Below, in pieces: positions 16,495-26,186 of a stretch of 64,000 nucleotides of DNA. The stretch is from Gammaproteobacteria bacterium (GTDB lineage Bacteria; Pseudomonadota; Gammaproteobacteria; Steroidobacterales; GCA-2729495). The first letter of the stretch is position 1; the number at the start of each line of letters is the position of its first letter. The stretch is taken from assembly GCA_020853135.1 (NCBI GenBank), contig JADYZO010000005.1, forward strand, positions 422 to 64,421, written 5' to 3'. Both the position numbers and the translations under genes were made by a program. The notes below the pieces were generated by a model, which was not told where the DNA came from, did not search any database, and saw only the letters and a program-made list of their open reading frames with translations.

Positions 16495-17436
16495 ATGCGC
16501 AGTTCCCCCGGCAGGCCGCTGGTGATCGCGTCTGGCCCGGACGATGCGTCCTGGGCAGCGGCGGCTGCGCGCGACCGCCTGTCCTCGACGCTCTTCCTCG
16601 CCGCCCTGCTGCACGGCGTGCTGATCCTGGGCGTAACCTTCCAGGCCGTCGCCCCCGAGCGCAATCCCGCCGCGACCTCCCTCGACGTGGTGATCGTGAC
16701 CCGCGACTACGCGAAGATCGCGCCACCGCGCAATCCGGCGGCACTGCTGGCCGAACAGAACCTCGTGGGCCGCGGCAATGCGCCGCTCGAAGCCCGCCTG
16801 CGCACCGCGGTTGCCAGCGAGGCAATCCCCGCCGCCCCGGGCCCGGACCAGGACGGAGACCTTGCCAGCCCGGTGCATGCCGGCGATGCGGCACCGGCCG
16901 AGCCACGGCTGGCCGCCGCCGCGCGGGACCGGCCCGAGGTCCGCCCCGGCGAAAGCGGGGCGCCCCGGCCGGCACTGCAGCGCCAGGCACGCCCCACGCA
17001 GGCTGATGCCACCGACATCCTCGCCGAACCCGACGATGTCACGCGCATCCCCGATGCCAATCCCCGCGAATTGCTGGTCAGCGCCAGCACGCGCGAGGCA
17101 CGCATAGCGAGCTACCTCAACAGCTGGAAGAACAAGGTGGAGCGCATCGGCACCCTGAACTTCCCCGGTGCCACCGAGCTGACCACGATCCGCACCTACC
17201 CGGTTCTCGAGGTTGCCATCGCGGCCAACGGCGAACTGAAGGAGATCGTCGTGCGCAATTCCTCCGGTTACCCGAACCTCGACCGGGCGGCCATGGAGAT
17301 CCTGCGTATCGCCGCGCCCTTCGAGCCGTTCCCGAAGATGCTGCGTGACGACTACGACGTGCTGCGCTTTGCCTACGAATGGCACTTCGGTGTGGATGCC
17401 GGCAGGGGCCGCATCCGCACGGTCAACGGCGGCTGA
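16495..17436 (+). CDS. TonB-family energy transducer (TonB3-like)
   Basis: N-terminal TM ALLHGVLILGV, Pro/Ala-rich linker, C-terminal YLNSWKNKVERIGTLNFP and LDRAAMEILRIAAPFEPFP; conserved position between gshB and algH. Confidence 0.8.
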   Translation: MRSSPGRPLVIASGPDDASWAAAAARDRLSSTLFLAALLHGVLILGVTFQAVAPERNPAATSLDVVIVTRDYAKIAPPRNPAALLAEQNLVGRGNAPLEARLRTAVASEAIPAAPGPDQDGDLASPVHAGDAAPAEPRLAAAARDRPEVRPGESGAPRPALQRQARPTQADATDILAEPDDVTRIPDANPRELLVSASTREARIASYLNSWKNKVERIGTLNFPGATELTTIRTYPVLEVAIAANGELKEIVVRNSSGYPNLDRAAMEILRIAAPFEPFPKMLRDDYDVLRFAYEWHFGVDAGRGRIRTVNGG

Positions 17437-17460
17437 GCTGCCCGCCACGGCTGCGCTGTC

Positions 17461-18033
17461 ATGCAAGTGACGAGGGAAACCACCTGCCTCACGGGCCACC
17501 TGCTCATCGCCATGCCGGCAATGGCGGACCCGAACTTCGCGCGCAGCGTCACCTACCTCTGCGAGCACACCGAGCAGGGTGCGCTCGGCATCATCATCAA
17601 CCGGCCAATGGACATGGCACTCGGCGAGGTCTTCAGGCAACTCGCGCTCGAGCCCGTGGTTCCCGCGGTGGCGGAGCAACCGGTGCTGCGCGGCGGGCCG
17701 GTGCAGACCGAGCGCGGCTTCGTCCTGCACGAGCCCGCCGGCCCGTGGGATTCGACCGTCGAAGTGAGCGACTTCGTCCACCTGACCACCTCGCAGGACA
17801 TCCTCGCCGCCATGGCCAGGGGCGCAGGGCCAGGGCGGGCACTGATGGCCCTCGGCTATGCCGGCTGGGCGGCCGGCCAGCTCGAGATGGAAATCGGCGC
17901 CAATGCCTGGCTGAGCGTGCCGGCCACCGCGGCGCTGCTCTTCGAGACACCCTTCGAGGCACGCTGGGCGGCCGCGGCCGGCCTGCTCGGCATCAACCTC
18001 GCGACGATGAGCCCCGAGGCAGGCCACGCCTGA
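17461..18033 (+). CDS. algH: YqgE/AlgH family protein
   Basis: LLIAMPAMADPNFARSVTYLCEH, GGPVQTERGFVLH, LGYAGWAAGQLEMEI. Confidence 0.93.
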   Translation: MQVTRETTCLTGHLLIAMPAMADPNFARSVTYLCEHTEQGALGIIINRPMDMALGEVFRQLALEPVVPAVAEQPVLRGGPVQTERGFVLHEPAGPWDSTVEVSDFVHLTTSQDILAAMARGAGPGRALMALGYAGWAAGQLEMEIGANAWLSVPATAALLFETPFEARWAAAAGLLGINLATMSPEAGHA

Positions 18034-18080
18034 GGCAGCCCGGCCTTCTATGGCAGTCGCCGGGCCGTTACGCTGTGCCG

Positions 18081-18503
18081 ATGGCAGAGCGCGCCCTCGT
18101 CCTGGATTTCGGCACCCGCAAGATCGGCATCGCCAGCGCCAGCCGCCCGGCCGCGGCCGTCACCGCACTGGCCACCATCCCTGCCCGGGACGGCGTCCCG
18201 GAGTGGCGCGAGATCGCCGCCCTGATCCGTGACTGGCAGCCCGAGGTCCTGGTCGTGGGGTTACCGCGCAACACCGATGGGTCGGACTCGCCCATGACCG
18301 CGCGGGTCCGCGCCTTCGCCGACTGGCTCACCGCACAGTCCGGGCTGCCGGTGGAGGAAATCGACGAGCGCTGGACGTCGACGGAAGCCGAGGCGCTGCT
18401 GCGCGAGCAGCGCCGTGACGGCAGCCGCACGCGCCGCGTGCGCCCCGGGGACATCGACCTGATGGCTGCCTGCCTGATGGCCCAGACCTGGCTGCGCTCC
18501 TGA
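18081..18503 (+). CDS. ruvX: Holliday junction resolvase RuvX / pre-16S rRNA nuclease YqgF
   Basis: LDFGTRKIGIA, VVGLP, DERWTS, IDLMAA; ATG at 18081. Confidence 0.93.
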   Translation: MAERALVLDFGTRKIGIASASRPAAAVTALATIPARDGVPEWREIAALIRDWQPEVLVVGLPRNTDGSDSPMTARVRAFADWLTAQSGLPVEEIDERWTSTEAEALLREQRRDGSRTRRVRPGDIDLMAACLMAQTWLRS

Positions 18504-18581
18504 GGCCGGCGGCTGCGGCGACAAGCCACCGACGCTCTGCGAGAATGCCCCGGCCCACCCGCCCGCCGGACCGCAGGAGCC

Positions 18582-19475
18582 ATGGACCGCCCGCATCGCG
18601 ACACGATCTTCCTGGAGGAGGCCCGCATCACCGCGCTGCACGCCTTCCCCGCACACCAGTACCTGTTGCGGCTGGAAGCCCCGCGCTGCGCCGCCCACGC
18701 CACCCCCGGCACCTTCATCCACCTGCAGTGCGCCGCCGGCCTTCCCATGCGCCGCCCGCTGTCGATCCGCCGGGCGCACCCGGCCGGGGGCTGGATCGAG
18801 GTGCTGTTCAAGGTGGTGGGCGCCGGCCTGCACGCCCTCTCCCAGGCGCAGCCCGGAGAAACACTGAGCGTGCTCGGCCCGATCGGCCGCGGCTACGGAC
18901 CCGACCCGTTGCGGCCGCTGGCACTGCTGATCGGCGGTGGCGTCGGCATGCCGCCACTGGAGTTCCTGGCCGAGCGCCTCGCGGCGGACACCGGGCACGG
19001 CTGGAGGCCGGTGGCCTTCTTCGGCTCGGAAGCCCCCTTCCCGTTCAAGGCACGACGGGCCGCAACACCGTTGCATGGGCTGGATCACCGCATCGATGCC
19101 TGCCACCCGGACCTCGAGGCCCTGGGCGTGCCCTCCCGCCTGGCCTCGCTCGCCGGCTTCGACGGCTGCCATCCGGGCTACGTCACGGCGCTGGCCGGCG
19201 AGTGGCTGGCTGCGCTGCACGACGACGAGCGAAGCCGCGTGGCGCTCTATGCCTGCGGGCCAGAGCCCATGCTGCGGGCCGCAGCGCGCCTGGCACGGGA
19301 CTTCGGCCTGCCGGCCCAGCTCTGCCTGGAGGAGTACATGGCTTGTGGCGTCGGGGGCTGTGCCGGCTGCGCAGTGCCCGTCTCGACCGCCAGCGGACCG
19401 GCCATGAAGCGGGTGTGCGTCGACGGACCCGTGTTTGCGGCACAGGCCGTCTACCCGGAGCTGTTCGGCAGCTGA
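18582..19475 (+). CDS. pyrK: FAD/[2Fe-2S] oxidoreductase, dihydroorotate dehydrogenase electron transfer subunit-like
   Basis: RRPLSI, GPIG, GGGVGMPP, CGPEPML, EEYMACGVGGCAGC, VCVDGPVF. Confidence 0.85.
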   Translation: MDRPHRDTIFLEEARITALHAFPAHQYLLRLEAPRCAAHATPGTFIHLQCAAGLPMRRPLSIRRAHPAGGWIEVLFKVVGAGLHALSQAQPGETLSVLGPIGRGYGPDPLRPLALLIGGGVGMPPLEFLAERLAADTGHGWRPVAFFGSEAPFPFKARRAATPLHGLDHRIDACHPDLEALGVPSRLASLAGFDGCHPGYVTALAGEWLAALHDDERSRVALYACGPEPMLRAAARLARDFGLPAQLCLEEYMACGVGGCAGCAVPVSTASGPAMKRVCVDGPVFAAQAVYPELFGS

Positions 19476-19499
19476 ACCGGCCGGGGCATCCCCCGGGGC

Positions 19500-20582
19500 T
19501 CAGCCGAAGTGGATCTTGGCCTCGAGATTGGTGCGCGAATCCGCGCTCGCCAGCGCTTCTTCCATCGGCACCTTGCCGTCCTTGTACAGCCTGAGCAGGG
19601 CGTCGTCGAAGGTCTGCATGCCCTGCTCCGTCGAGCCCTGGAAGGCCTCCTTCACCTTGGCGATGTCGCCCACCTGGATCAGCTCGGCGATTCTCGGGGT
19701 GTTGAGCATGATCTCCACCGCGGCAACGCGCTCGCCCTTGATGCCACGCACCAGGCGCTGTGAAATGATCGCGCGCAGGTACTGTGAGAGATCCATGAAC
19801 ACCTGCGCATGCTGGTCTTCCGGAAACAGGTTGATGATGCGATCGAGGGCTTCCGGCGCATTGTTCGAGTGCAGGGTGGCGATGGCCAGATGGCCGGTGC
19901 CCGCCAGGTCGATCGCCGCCTGCATGGTCTCGCGGTCGCGGATCTCGCCGATCAGCACGACATCGGGCGCCTCGCGCATGGCACTCTTCAGGGCGCGCGC
20001 GTAGGACCGGGTGTCCGTGCCGATCTCGCGCTGGTTCACGATCGACTTCTTGTTGGCGTGCAGGAACTCGATCGGATCCTCGATGGTGATGATGTGCGAG
20101 GACGTCTTTTCGTTGCGGTGGTTGATCATGGCCGCGAGCGTGGTCGACTTGCCGCAGCCGGTCGAGCCCACCATGAGCAGCAGGCCACGCCGGAACATCA
20201 CCAGGTCCTTGAGGATGGGCGGCATGCCCAGCTGGTCGAGCTCGGGGATGGCCGAGGTGATGTAGCGCATCACCATGGCGACATTGCCGCGCTGGTGGAA
20301 GACGTTGACGCGGAAGCGGCCCAGTCCGGCCTTCGAGACGGCGAAGTCGATCTCCAGTTCGCGGGTGAATTCCTCCAGCTGCTGCTCGCTCATCAGCTCG
20401 ATGGCCGCCTGCCGGATCATCTTCGGCGTCAGCTCGAGCTTGTTCACAGGCATGATCTTGCCGTCGATCTTGATCTTGACCGGCGCGTGGGGCGTGAGGA
20501 ACAGGTCCGAGGCCCGCTTCTCAACCATCAGGTTGAAGAGCGGCTGCACGTTCATGGTTGCGAGTTCGGTGATGTTGTCCAC
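19500..20582 (-). CDS. Second PilU-like retraction ATPase
   Basis: ASDLFL, Walker A GSTGCGKST, TIEDPIE, IGEIRD, TLHSNN. Confidence 0.9.
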   Translation of the reverse strand: MDNITELATMNVQPLFNLMVEKRASDLFLTPHAPVKIKIDGKIMPVNKLELTPKMIRQAAIELMSEQQLEEFTRELEIDFAVSKAGLGRFRVNVFHQRGNVAMVMRYITSAIPELDQLGMPPILKDLVMFRRGLLLMVGSTGCGKSTTLAAMINHRNEKTSSHIITIEDPIEFLHANKKSIVNQREIGTDTRSYARALKSAMREAPDVVLIGEIRDRETMQAAIDLAGTGHLAIATLHSNNAPEALDRIINLFPEDQHAQVFMDLSQYLRAIISQRLVRGIKGERVAAVEIMLNTPRIAELIQVGDIAKVKEAFQGSTEQGMQTFDDALLRLYKDGKVPMEEALASADSRTNLEAKIHFG

Positions 20583-20606
20583 CTGGGTCTCTCTCCTGCC
20601 GGTCGC

Positions 20607-21770
20607 CTACAGGCGGATGGTGCCGCGGTCGCTGCCTTCGTCCTCGGCCAGCGCCAGTCCGTCGGTGTCGATGTTCTTCCGCTCGCGCCTGCCTTCCAGC
20701 TTGATGCGCAGGCGCAGCTCGTTCTTCGAGTCGGCATTGCGCATGGCTTCCTCGTAGGAGATCTGCCCGCGCTCGTAGAGCGCAAACAGGTCCTGGTCGA
20801 AGGTCTGCATCCCCATGCGCGTGGACTTCGCCATGATTTCCTTCACGCGCGCCACCTCGCCCTTGAAAATCAGGTCGGCGATCAGCGGCGACTGCAGCAT
20901 GACCTCCATGGCGGCGATGCGGCCCTTGCCGTTTTCCCGCGGGATCAGCCGCTGGGACACCATGGCGCGGATGTTCAGCGAGAGGTCCATGAGCAGCTGG
21001 CCGCGCCTGTCCTCGGGGAAGAAGTTGATGATGCGGTCCAGGGCCTGGTTGGCGCTGTTGGCATGCAGTGTCGCCAGGCACAGATGGCCCGTCTCGGCGA
21101 ACTGGATGGCGTATTCCATGGTGTCGCGGTCGCGGATCTCGCCGATGAGGATCACGTCCGGGGCCTGGCGCAGCGTGTTCTTGAGGGCCGCAGCCCAGCT
21201 GTCGGTGTCGACGCCGACCTCCCGCTGGGTGATGACACAGCGCCGGTGCGGGTGGACGAATTCCACCGGGTCCTCGATGGTGATGATGTGGCCGCGGGAG
21301 TTCTCGTTGCGGTGGCCCAGCATGGCCGCCAGGGTCGTCGACTTGCCCGACCCGGTGGCACCCACCACGATGGCCAGCCCGCGCTTGGTCATGACGATGT
21401 CCTTGAGCACGGCTGGCAGCTCCAGCTCATCGAGCGTGGGAATCCGGCTGACGATGGTGCGCAGCACCGCCCCCACCTGGCCCTGCTGGATGAAGGCGCT
21501 GACGCGGAAGCGGCCGATGCCCTGCGGGCTGATGGCGAAATTGCACTCCTTGGTGGCGTCGAACTCCTTCGCCTGGCGGTCGTTCATGATCGAGCGCACG
21601 ATGATGGCGCTGTCATCCGGGGAGAGTATTTCGTCCCCGGCGCGGTGCACCTCGCCGTTGACCTTGATGGCCGGGGGGAAGCCCGCGGTGATGAAGAGGT
21701 CGGAGCCCCTGGCATCCACCAGCTTCTTCAGCAGGCCCTGCATCAGCCTCGTTGCCTGGTCGCGTTCCAT
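20607..21770 (-). CDS. pilU: Type IV pilus retraction ATPase PilU
   Basis: GSDLFITAGFPPAIK, GATGSGKST, ALKNTLRQAPDVILIGEIRD, TLHANSANQALDRIINFFP. Confidence 0.95.
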   Translation of the reverse strand: MERDQATRLMQGLLKKLVDARGSDLFITAGFPPAIKVNGEVHRAGDEILSPDDSAIIVRSIMNDRQAKEFDATKECNFAISPQGIGRFRVSAFIQQGQVGAVLRTIVSRIPTLDELELPAVLKDIVMTKRGLAIVVGATGSGKSTTLAAMLGHRNENSRGHIITIEDPVEFVHPHRRCVITQREVGVDTDSWAAALKNTLRQAPDVILIGEIRDRDTMEYAIQFAETGHLCLATLHANSANQALDRIINFFPEDRRGQLLMDLSLNIRAMVSQRLIPRENGKGRIAAMEVMLQSPLIADLIFKGEVARVKEIMAKSTRMGMQTFDQDLFALYERGQISYEEAMRNADSKNELRLRIKLEGRRERKNIDTDGLALAEDEGSDRGTIRL

Positions 21771-21803
21771 GATGATCTCCCGGCGGCGGCCCTGGGTCCG
21801 CGC

Positions 21804-22844
21804 CTAGAACTGGTCCTTGTTCGCAGCCTTGAAGCGGGCTTCTTCCTTGCTGATGACGCCCTTGGAGAGCAGCTCCTGCAGGTTCTGGTCGAGCGTCTGC
21901 ATGCCGGCGGCCTGGCCGGTCTGGATCGCCGAGTACATCTGGGCGATCTTGCCCTCGCGGATCAGGTTCCGGATCGCCGGGGTGCCGATCATGATCTCGT
22001 GGGCGGCAATCCGGCCGCCGCCGATCTTCTTCAGCAGCGACTGGGAAATGACCGCCCGCAGGGACTCCGAGAGCATGGTGCGGATCATCTCCTTCTCCGT
22101 GGCGGGGAAGACATCGACGATGCGATCCACCGTCTTGGCAGCCGAACTGGTGTGCAGGGTGCCGAACACCAGGTGGCCGGTTTCGGAAGCCGTCATGGCC
22201 AGGCGGATGGTCTCCAGGTCGCGCATCTCGCCCACCAGGATCACGTCGGGATCCTCGCGCAGCGCCGAGCGCAGCGCCTCGGAAAAGCCCAGCGTGTCCT
22301 TGTGCACCTCGCGCTGGTTGATCAGCGACTTCTTGCTCTCGTGCACGAACTCGATGGGATCCTCGATGGTGATGATGTGGTCGGGCTTGTTGGTATTGAC
22401 GTAATCGATCATCGCCGCCAGCGTGGTGGACTTGCCCGAACCGGTCGGGCCGGTGACCAGCACCAGGCCACGCGGGTACATGGCGATGTCGCGGAAGATG
22501 CCCGGGGCCTTGAGGTCCTCCAGCGTGCGGATCTGCGACGGGATGGTACGGAACACCGCGCCCGCACCACGGGTCTGGTTGAAGGCATTGACGCGGAAAC
22601 GCGCGAGCTTGGGCACCTCGAACGAAAAGTCGGTCTCGAGGAATTCCTCGTAGTCCTTGCGCTGCTTGTCGCTCATGATGTCGTATATCATGCTGTGCAC
22701 TTCCTTGTGCGACAGCGGCGGCATGTTGATCCGCTTGACGTCACCATCGACGCGGATCATCGGCGGCACGCCCGCCGACAGGTGCAGGTCGGATGCGTTG
22801 TTTTTGACAGAGAAAGCGAGCAACTGCGCTATGTCGACAGCCAT
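21804..22844 (-). CDS. pilT: Type IV pilus retraction ATPase PilT
   Basis: ASDLHLSAG, GPTGSGKST, ALREDPDVILVGEMRD, AIRNLIRE; ATG at 22844. Confidence 0.97.
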   Translation of the reverse strand: MAVDIAQLLAFSVKNNASDLHLSAGVPPMIRVDGDVKRINMPPLSHKEVHSMIYDIMSDKQRKDYEEFLETDFSFEVPKLARFRVNAFNQTRGAGAVFRTIPSQIRTLEDLKAPGIFRDIAMYPRGLVLVTGPTGSGKSTTLAAMIDYVNTNKPDHIITIEDPIEFVHESKKSLINQREVHKDTLGFSEALRSALREDPDVILVGEMRDLETIRLAMTASETGHLVFGTLHTSSAAKTVDRIVDVFPATEKEMIRTMLSESLRAVISQSLLKKIGGGRIAAHEIMIGTPAIRNLIREGKIAQMYSAIQTGQAAGMQTLDQNLQELLSKGVISKEEARFKAANKDQF

Positions 22845-22951
22845 TTCGGTCCCCAGCTCAAGCCCTTGCCCCGATCCGCGGCGGAACCCGCACTTGCCAT
22901 AAGTCCGGTGTCCCAGTGGCGCAGAGTATAGGCGGCCAACCGGCGGCGACC

Positions 22952-23644
22952 GTGACACCAATCACGGAAAAACTCGCGGCTTTGCGCGAGCGCGTGGCGC
23001 AGGCCTGCCTGCATGCCGGACGCGATCCGGCCGGCGTGACCATCGTCGCAGTCAGCAAGACCCACCCGCCCGGAGCCATCCGCGCCGCCCATGCCGCGGG
23101 CATCACTGATTTTGGCGAAAACTACGTGCAGGAAGCCGTGGCGAAGATCACGCAATTGCGCGATGGCCTGCGCTGGCACTTCATCGGGGCGATGCAGGCC
23201 AACAAGACGCGGGCGGTGGCCGGGCACTTCGACTGGGTCCAGACGGTGGCCAGCGCCCAGGTGGCCGGGCGGCTGTCCAGCCAGCGCCCTGCCCACGGCA
23301 GCGCCCTGCAGGTCTGCATCCAGGTGCAGCCCGAGCCGGCCGCGGGCCGCGGTGGCGTGCCGGCCACGGAGCTGGCCGGTCTCGCCGACCACATCGCCGG
23401 CCTCCCGCGCCTGCGGCTGCGGGGCCTGATGTTCATGCCGCTCGGCGGACTCGACGAGGCAGGGCTGCGGGCGGAATTCCGCCGCGTGCGCGGGCTGTTC
23501 GAGGCGCTGCGCGCGCGCGGCCATGAGCTCGATACCCTGTCCATGGGCATGTCGGATGATCTCGGCATTGCGATCGCCGAAGGCAGTACGATGGTGCGCG
23601 TGGGCACGGCCCTGTTCGGCGAACGCCCGCGCCCCGCGCCCTGA
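22952..23644 (+). CDS. yggS: PLP homeostasis protein YggS
   Basis: VAVSKT, FGENYVQEA, WHFIGAMQANK, LSMGMSDD, VRVGTALFG. Confidence 0.95.
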   Translation: MTPITEKLAALRERVAQACLHAGRDPAGVTIVAVSKTHPPGAIRAAHAAGITDFGENYVQEAVAKITQLRDGLRWHFIGAMQANKTRAVAGHFDWVQTVASAQVAGRLSSQRPAHGSALQVCIQVQPEPAAGRGGVPATELAGLADHIAGLPRLRLRGLMFMPLGGLDEAGLRAEFRRVRGLFEALRARGHELDTLSMGMSDDLGIAIAEGSTMVRVGTALFGERPRPAP

Positions 23645-23654
23645 AGGCAGCGGG

Positions 23655-24512
23655 ATGGCATCAACCCCGGGAATGGCAGCAATGACGATCGGGACCCCCA
23701 GCATCGGCTTCATCGGCGGCGGCAACATGGCCCAGGCCATCATCGGCGGCCTGTTGCGGGCCGGTGTGCCGGCCAGGCAACTGGCCGTGGCCGAACCCGA
23801 CGACGGCTGTCGCCACCGCCTCGCCGCGCTCGCCGCAGGCATGAGGCTCACTGCGGCCAACCACGAGGTGGCGGCCCTGGCCGACGTGCTGGTCCTCGCG
23901 GTCAAGCCGCAGGTCATGCCGGCCGTCCTCGCCGGGCTGGCCAGCCAGCAACGGCCGCCCGGCCAGCTGGTGATGTCGGTGGCCGCCGGCATGCCGGTGG
24001 CCAGCATCACCGCGGCCCTGGGCGCGAACACCGCGGTGGTCAGGGTGATGCCGAACCAGCCCGCCACGGTCGGCGCGGGCATGTCGGTGCTGGTCGCCTC
24101 GCCCGCGGTGAACGCTGGCCAGCGGACGCTGGCACTGGAACTGGCCGCCACCACCGGCCGCGCTCTGTGGATCGAGGACGAGACGCTGATGGATGCCGTG
24201 ACCGCGGTATCCGGCAGTGGCCCGGCCTACTTCTACCTGCTGATGGAACTCATGGAGGCAGGCGCGGTGGACCTTGGCCTGCCGCGCGACCTCGCCCGGA
24301 CACTGGTGCGCCAGACGGCACTCGGCGCCGCCCGGACCGCAACGGACGAATCGCGCGACCTCGCGGACCTGCGCCGCAGCGTCACCTCCCCGGGCGGCAC
24401 CACGGCCGCCGCACTGGCGGTCATGGAGCAGGCCGGCATCCGCGAGACGCTGTGCCGGGCACTGGTGGCCGCCAGGGACCGCAGCATCGAACTGGGGCGT
24501 CCATCGCCCTGA
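23655..24512 (+). CDS. proC: Pyrroline-5-carboxylate reductase
   Basis: FIGGGNMA, LAVKPQ, VMPNQP, VSGSGPAY, VTSPGGTT; start at 23655 or 23682. Confidence 0.95.
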   Translation: MASTPGMAAMTIGTPSIGFIGGGNMAQAIIGGLLRAGVPARQLAVAEPDDGCRHRLAALAAGMRLTAANHEVAALADVLVLAVKPQVMPAVLAGLASQQRPPGQLVMSVAAGMPVASITAALGANTAVVRVMPNQPATVGAGMSVLVASPAVNAGQRTLALELAATTGRALWIEDETLMDAVTAVSGSGPAYFYLLMELMEAGAVDLGLPRDLARTLVRQTALGAARTATDESRDLADLRRSVTSPGGTTAAALAVMEQAGIRETLCRALVAARDRSIELGRPSP

Positions 24513-24543
24513 CTTCCGGCCACGGGACACGGGACCCCTTCTC

Positions 24544-25113
24544 ATGCAGGACGCCTTCACCTTCATCATCTCGGCGCTGCTCGACCTGTACGTGGTCGTG
24601 CTGCTGCTGCGCCTGGTCCTCGGCCTGCAGCGCGTGGACTTCCGCAACCCGCTGGCGCAGGCGATTCTCAAGGCGACGAATCCGCTGGTGTTGCCCGCAC
24701 GGCGGCTGATCCCGGCGACCGGCCGGCTCGACACCGCCACGCTGGTGGTCCTGCTGCTGGTCCAGGTGCTGGGGACCGGGCTGCTCGCCTCCATCGCCTG
24801 CCTCGGCCCGGTGCTGCCCGGGCAGCTGATGGTGCTCGGGCTGCTGCGGCTGGTGCACCTCGCGCTGCGCACCTGCTTCCTGCTGACCCTGGTCTACGTC
24901 ATCAGCAGCTGGGTCAGCCCCGGCGGCTACAACCCCGCCAGCGCCATGCTCGCCGCCATCGTCGAGCCGCTGCTCGCACCCTTCCGCCGCCTCATCCCGA
25001 CGCTGGGTCCGCTCGACCTGTCGCCGGTGTTCGCGATGCTGGCCATCGAGTTCTTCAACCGCCTCATCCCCAGCGGATTCGCGCTCGCGGGACTGGCCTG
25101 CGTGCCCTTCTGA
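24544..25113 (+). CDS. yggT: YggT family membrane protein
   Basis: DFRNPLAQAILKATNPLV, EPLLAPFRRLIP, LDLSP; follows proC. Confidence 0.9.
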   Translation: MQDAFTFIISALLDLYVVVLLLRLVLGLQRVDFRNPLAQAILKATNPLVLPARRLIPATGRLDTATLVVLLLVQVLGTGLLASIACLGPVLPGQLMVLGLLRLVHLALRTCFLLTLVYVISSWVSPGGYNPASAMLAAIVEPLLAPFRRLIPTLGPLDLSPVFAMLAIEFFNRLIPSGFALAGLACVPF

Positions 25114-25188
25114 GCCACCGGGCAAATAATCCTGCCCGTGGCTGCGCCGCTGGGCTATGATCGTTGCAGGCCAGCCGCAGGTGTCATC

Positions 25189-25695
25189 ATGCCCATGAGC
25201 ATCCGCACGTCGTGCATCATCATCGTCATCCTCGCCCTGGTATCCGGCTGCGGCCCGCAGCCCGGGCCGGCCGGCAATGCACCTGTCGCGGCAAGGCCGG
25301 CAGCCGAGCGTGCCGGGGCCACGTCCAGGGACTTCGGCAATTACGTCGTGCATTTTTCCGCGCTCTCCACCGACCAGCTCACACCGGAAATCGCCAGGAA
25401 CTACGGCATCGTCCGCAGCAAGAACCGCGCGCTGCTGAACATATCCGTGCTCAAGAAGGCCGAGGGCACCACCGGCACACCGGTGACGGCCAGGGTCACG
25501 GCGCTGGTGGCCAATGACACCGGCCAGGTGAAGGATTCCGCGATACGGGAGATCCGCGAAGGCGATGCGGTGTACTACATCGCCGATTACGCGGTATCCA
25601 GTGGCGAGACGCTGGTGTTCAGCGTGGACGCCATTCCCGAGGGCGAGACGGCACCGCTGTCGCTGCGCTTCACGCAGACGTTCTACGGCGACTGA
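25189..25695 (+). CDS. DUF4426 family lipoprotein
   Basis: Lipobox LVSGC; VHFSALSTDQLTPEIARNYGIVRSKNRALLNISV; conserved position after yggT. Confidence 0.8.
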   Translation: MPMSIRTSCIIIVILALVSGCGPQPGPAGNAPVAARPAAERAGATSRDFGNYVVHFSALSTDQLTPEIARNYGIVRSKNRALLNISVLKKAEGTTGTPVTARVTALVANDTGQVKDSAIREIREGDAVYYIADYAVSSGETLVFSVDAIPEGETAPLSLRFTQTFYGD

Positions 25696-25712
25696 GGCCG
25701 CGCGGCAGCCGT

Positions 25713-26186
25713 TCAGTCACTGCCGCCGGTGGCCCCGCCCAGCTGCTGCAGAGCCCGGTGCTTCATCCGCAGCACGTCGCCACGCGATACGTAGAGCAGT
25801 TCGGCCACCTTGCTGACGAGGTAGTCCTCGTACTTGTCCAGGCGGCGGTCCGCCAGCGCCACCAGCCAGAGCATGTGGATCAGCTCGCTCCTGCCGGTGT
25901 AATCCAGCGCCTCGTTCAGCGGCCGGGTGAATTCATCGAGCGAGACCGAGTTCTCGACCGCTGCACGCGCCCGGCGCACGAGGGCCTGCGCCGCGTCCGG
26001 CTCCAGTTCCAGGCGCAACGCCAGCAGGGTGCCCAGCTCCCTGAGCTCCTCCTCCTTGACGTTGAAATCCGCACGCGCGGCCTCGATCAGCAATGCCGCC
26101 ATCGCCAGCGGCACCTGGTCCGGACTCACCACCGGGCCCGGCCCTGCCGCAAGCTCCCGCAACAGCGCCTTCAGGCCGGCGATCAC
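25713..26186 (-). CDS. TerB-like family protein
   Basis: AALLIEAARAD, LWLVALADRRLDKYEDYLVSKVAELL. Confidence 0.8.
   Translation of the reverse strand: MIAGLKALLRELAAGPGPVVSPDQVPLAMAALLIEAARADFNVKEEELRELGTLLALRLELEPDAAQALVRRARAAVENSVSLDEFTRPLNEALDYTGRSELIHMLWLVALADRRLDKYEDYLVSKVAELLYVSRGDVLRMKHRALQQLGGATGGSD

Noticed and set aside
19809-22931. 1040-aa plus-strand ORF
   Set aside because: Antisense shadow of the pilT/pilU genes
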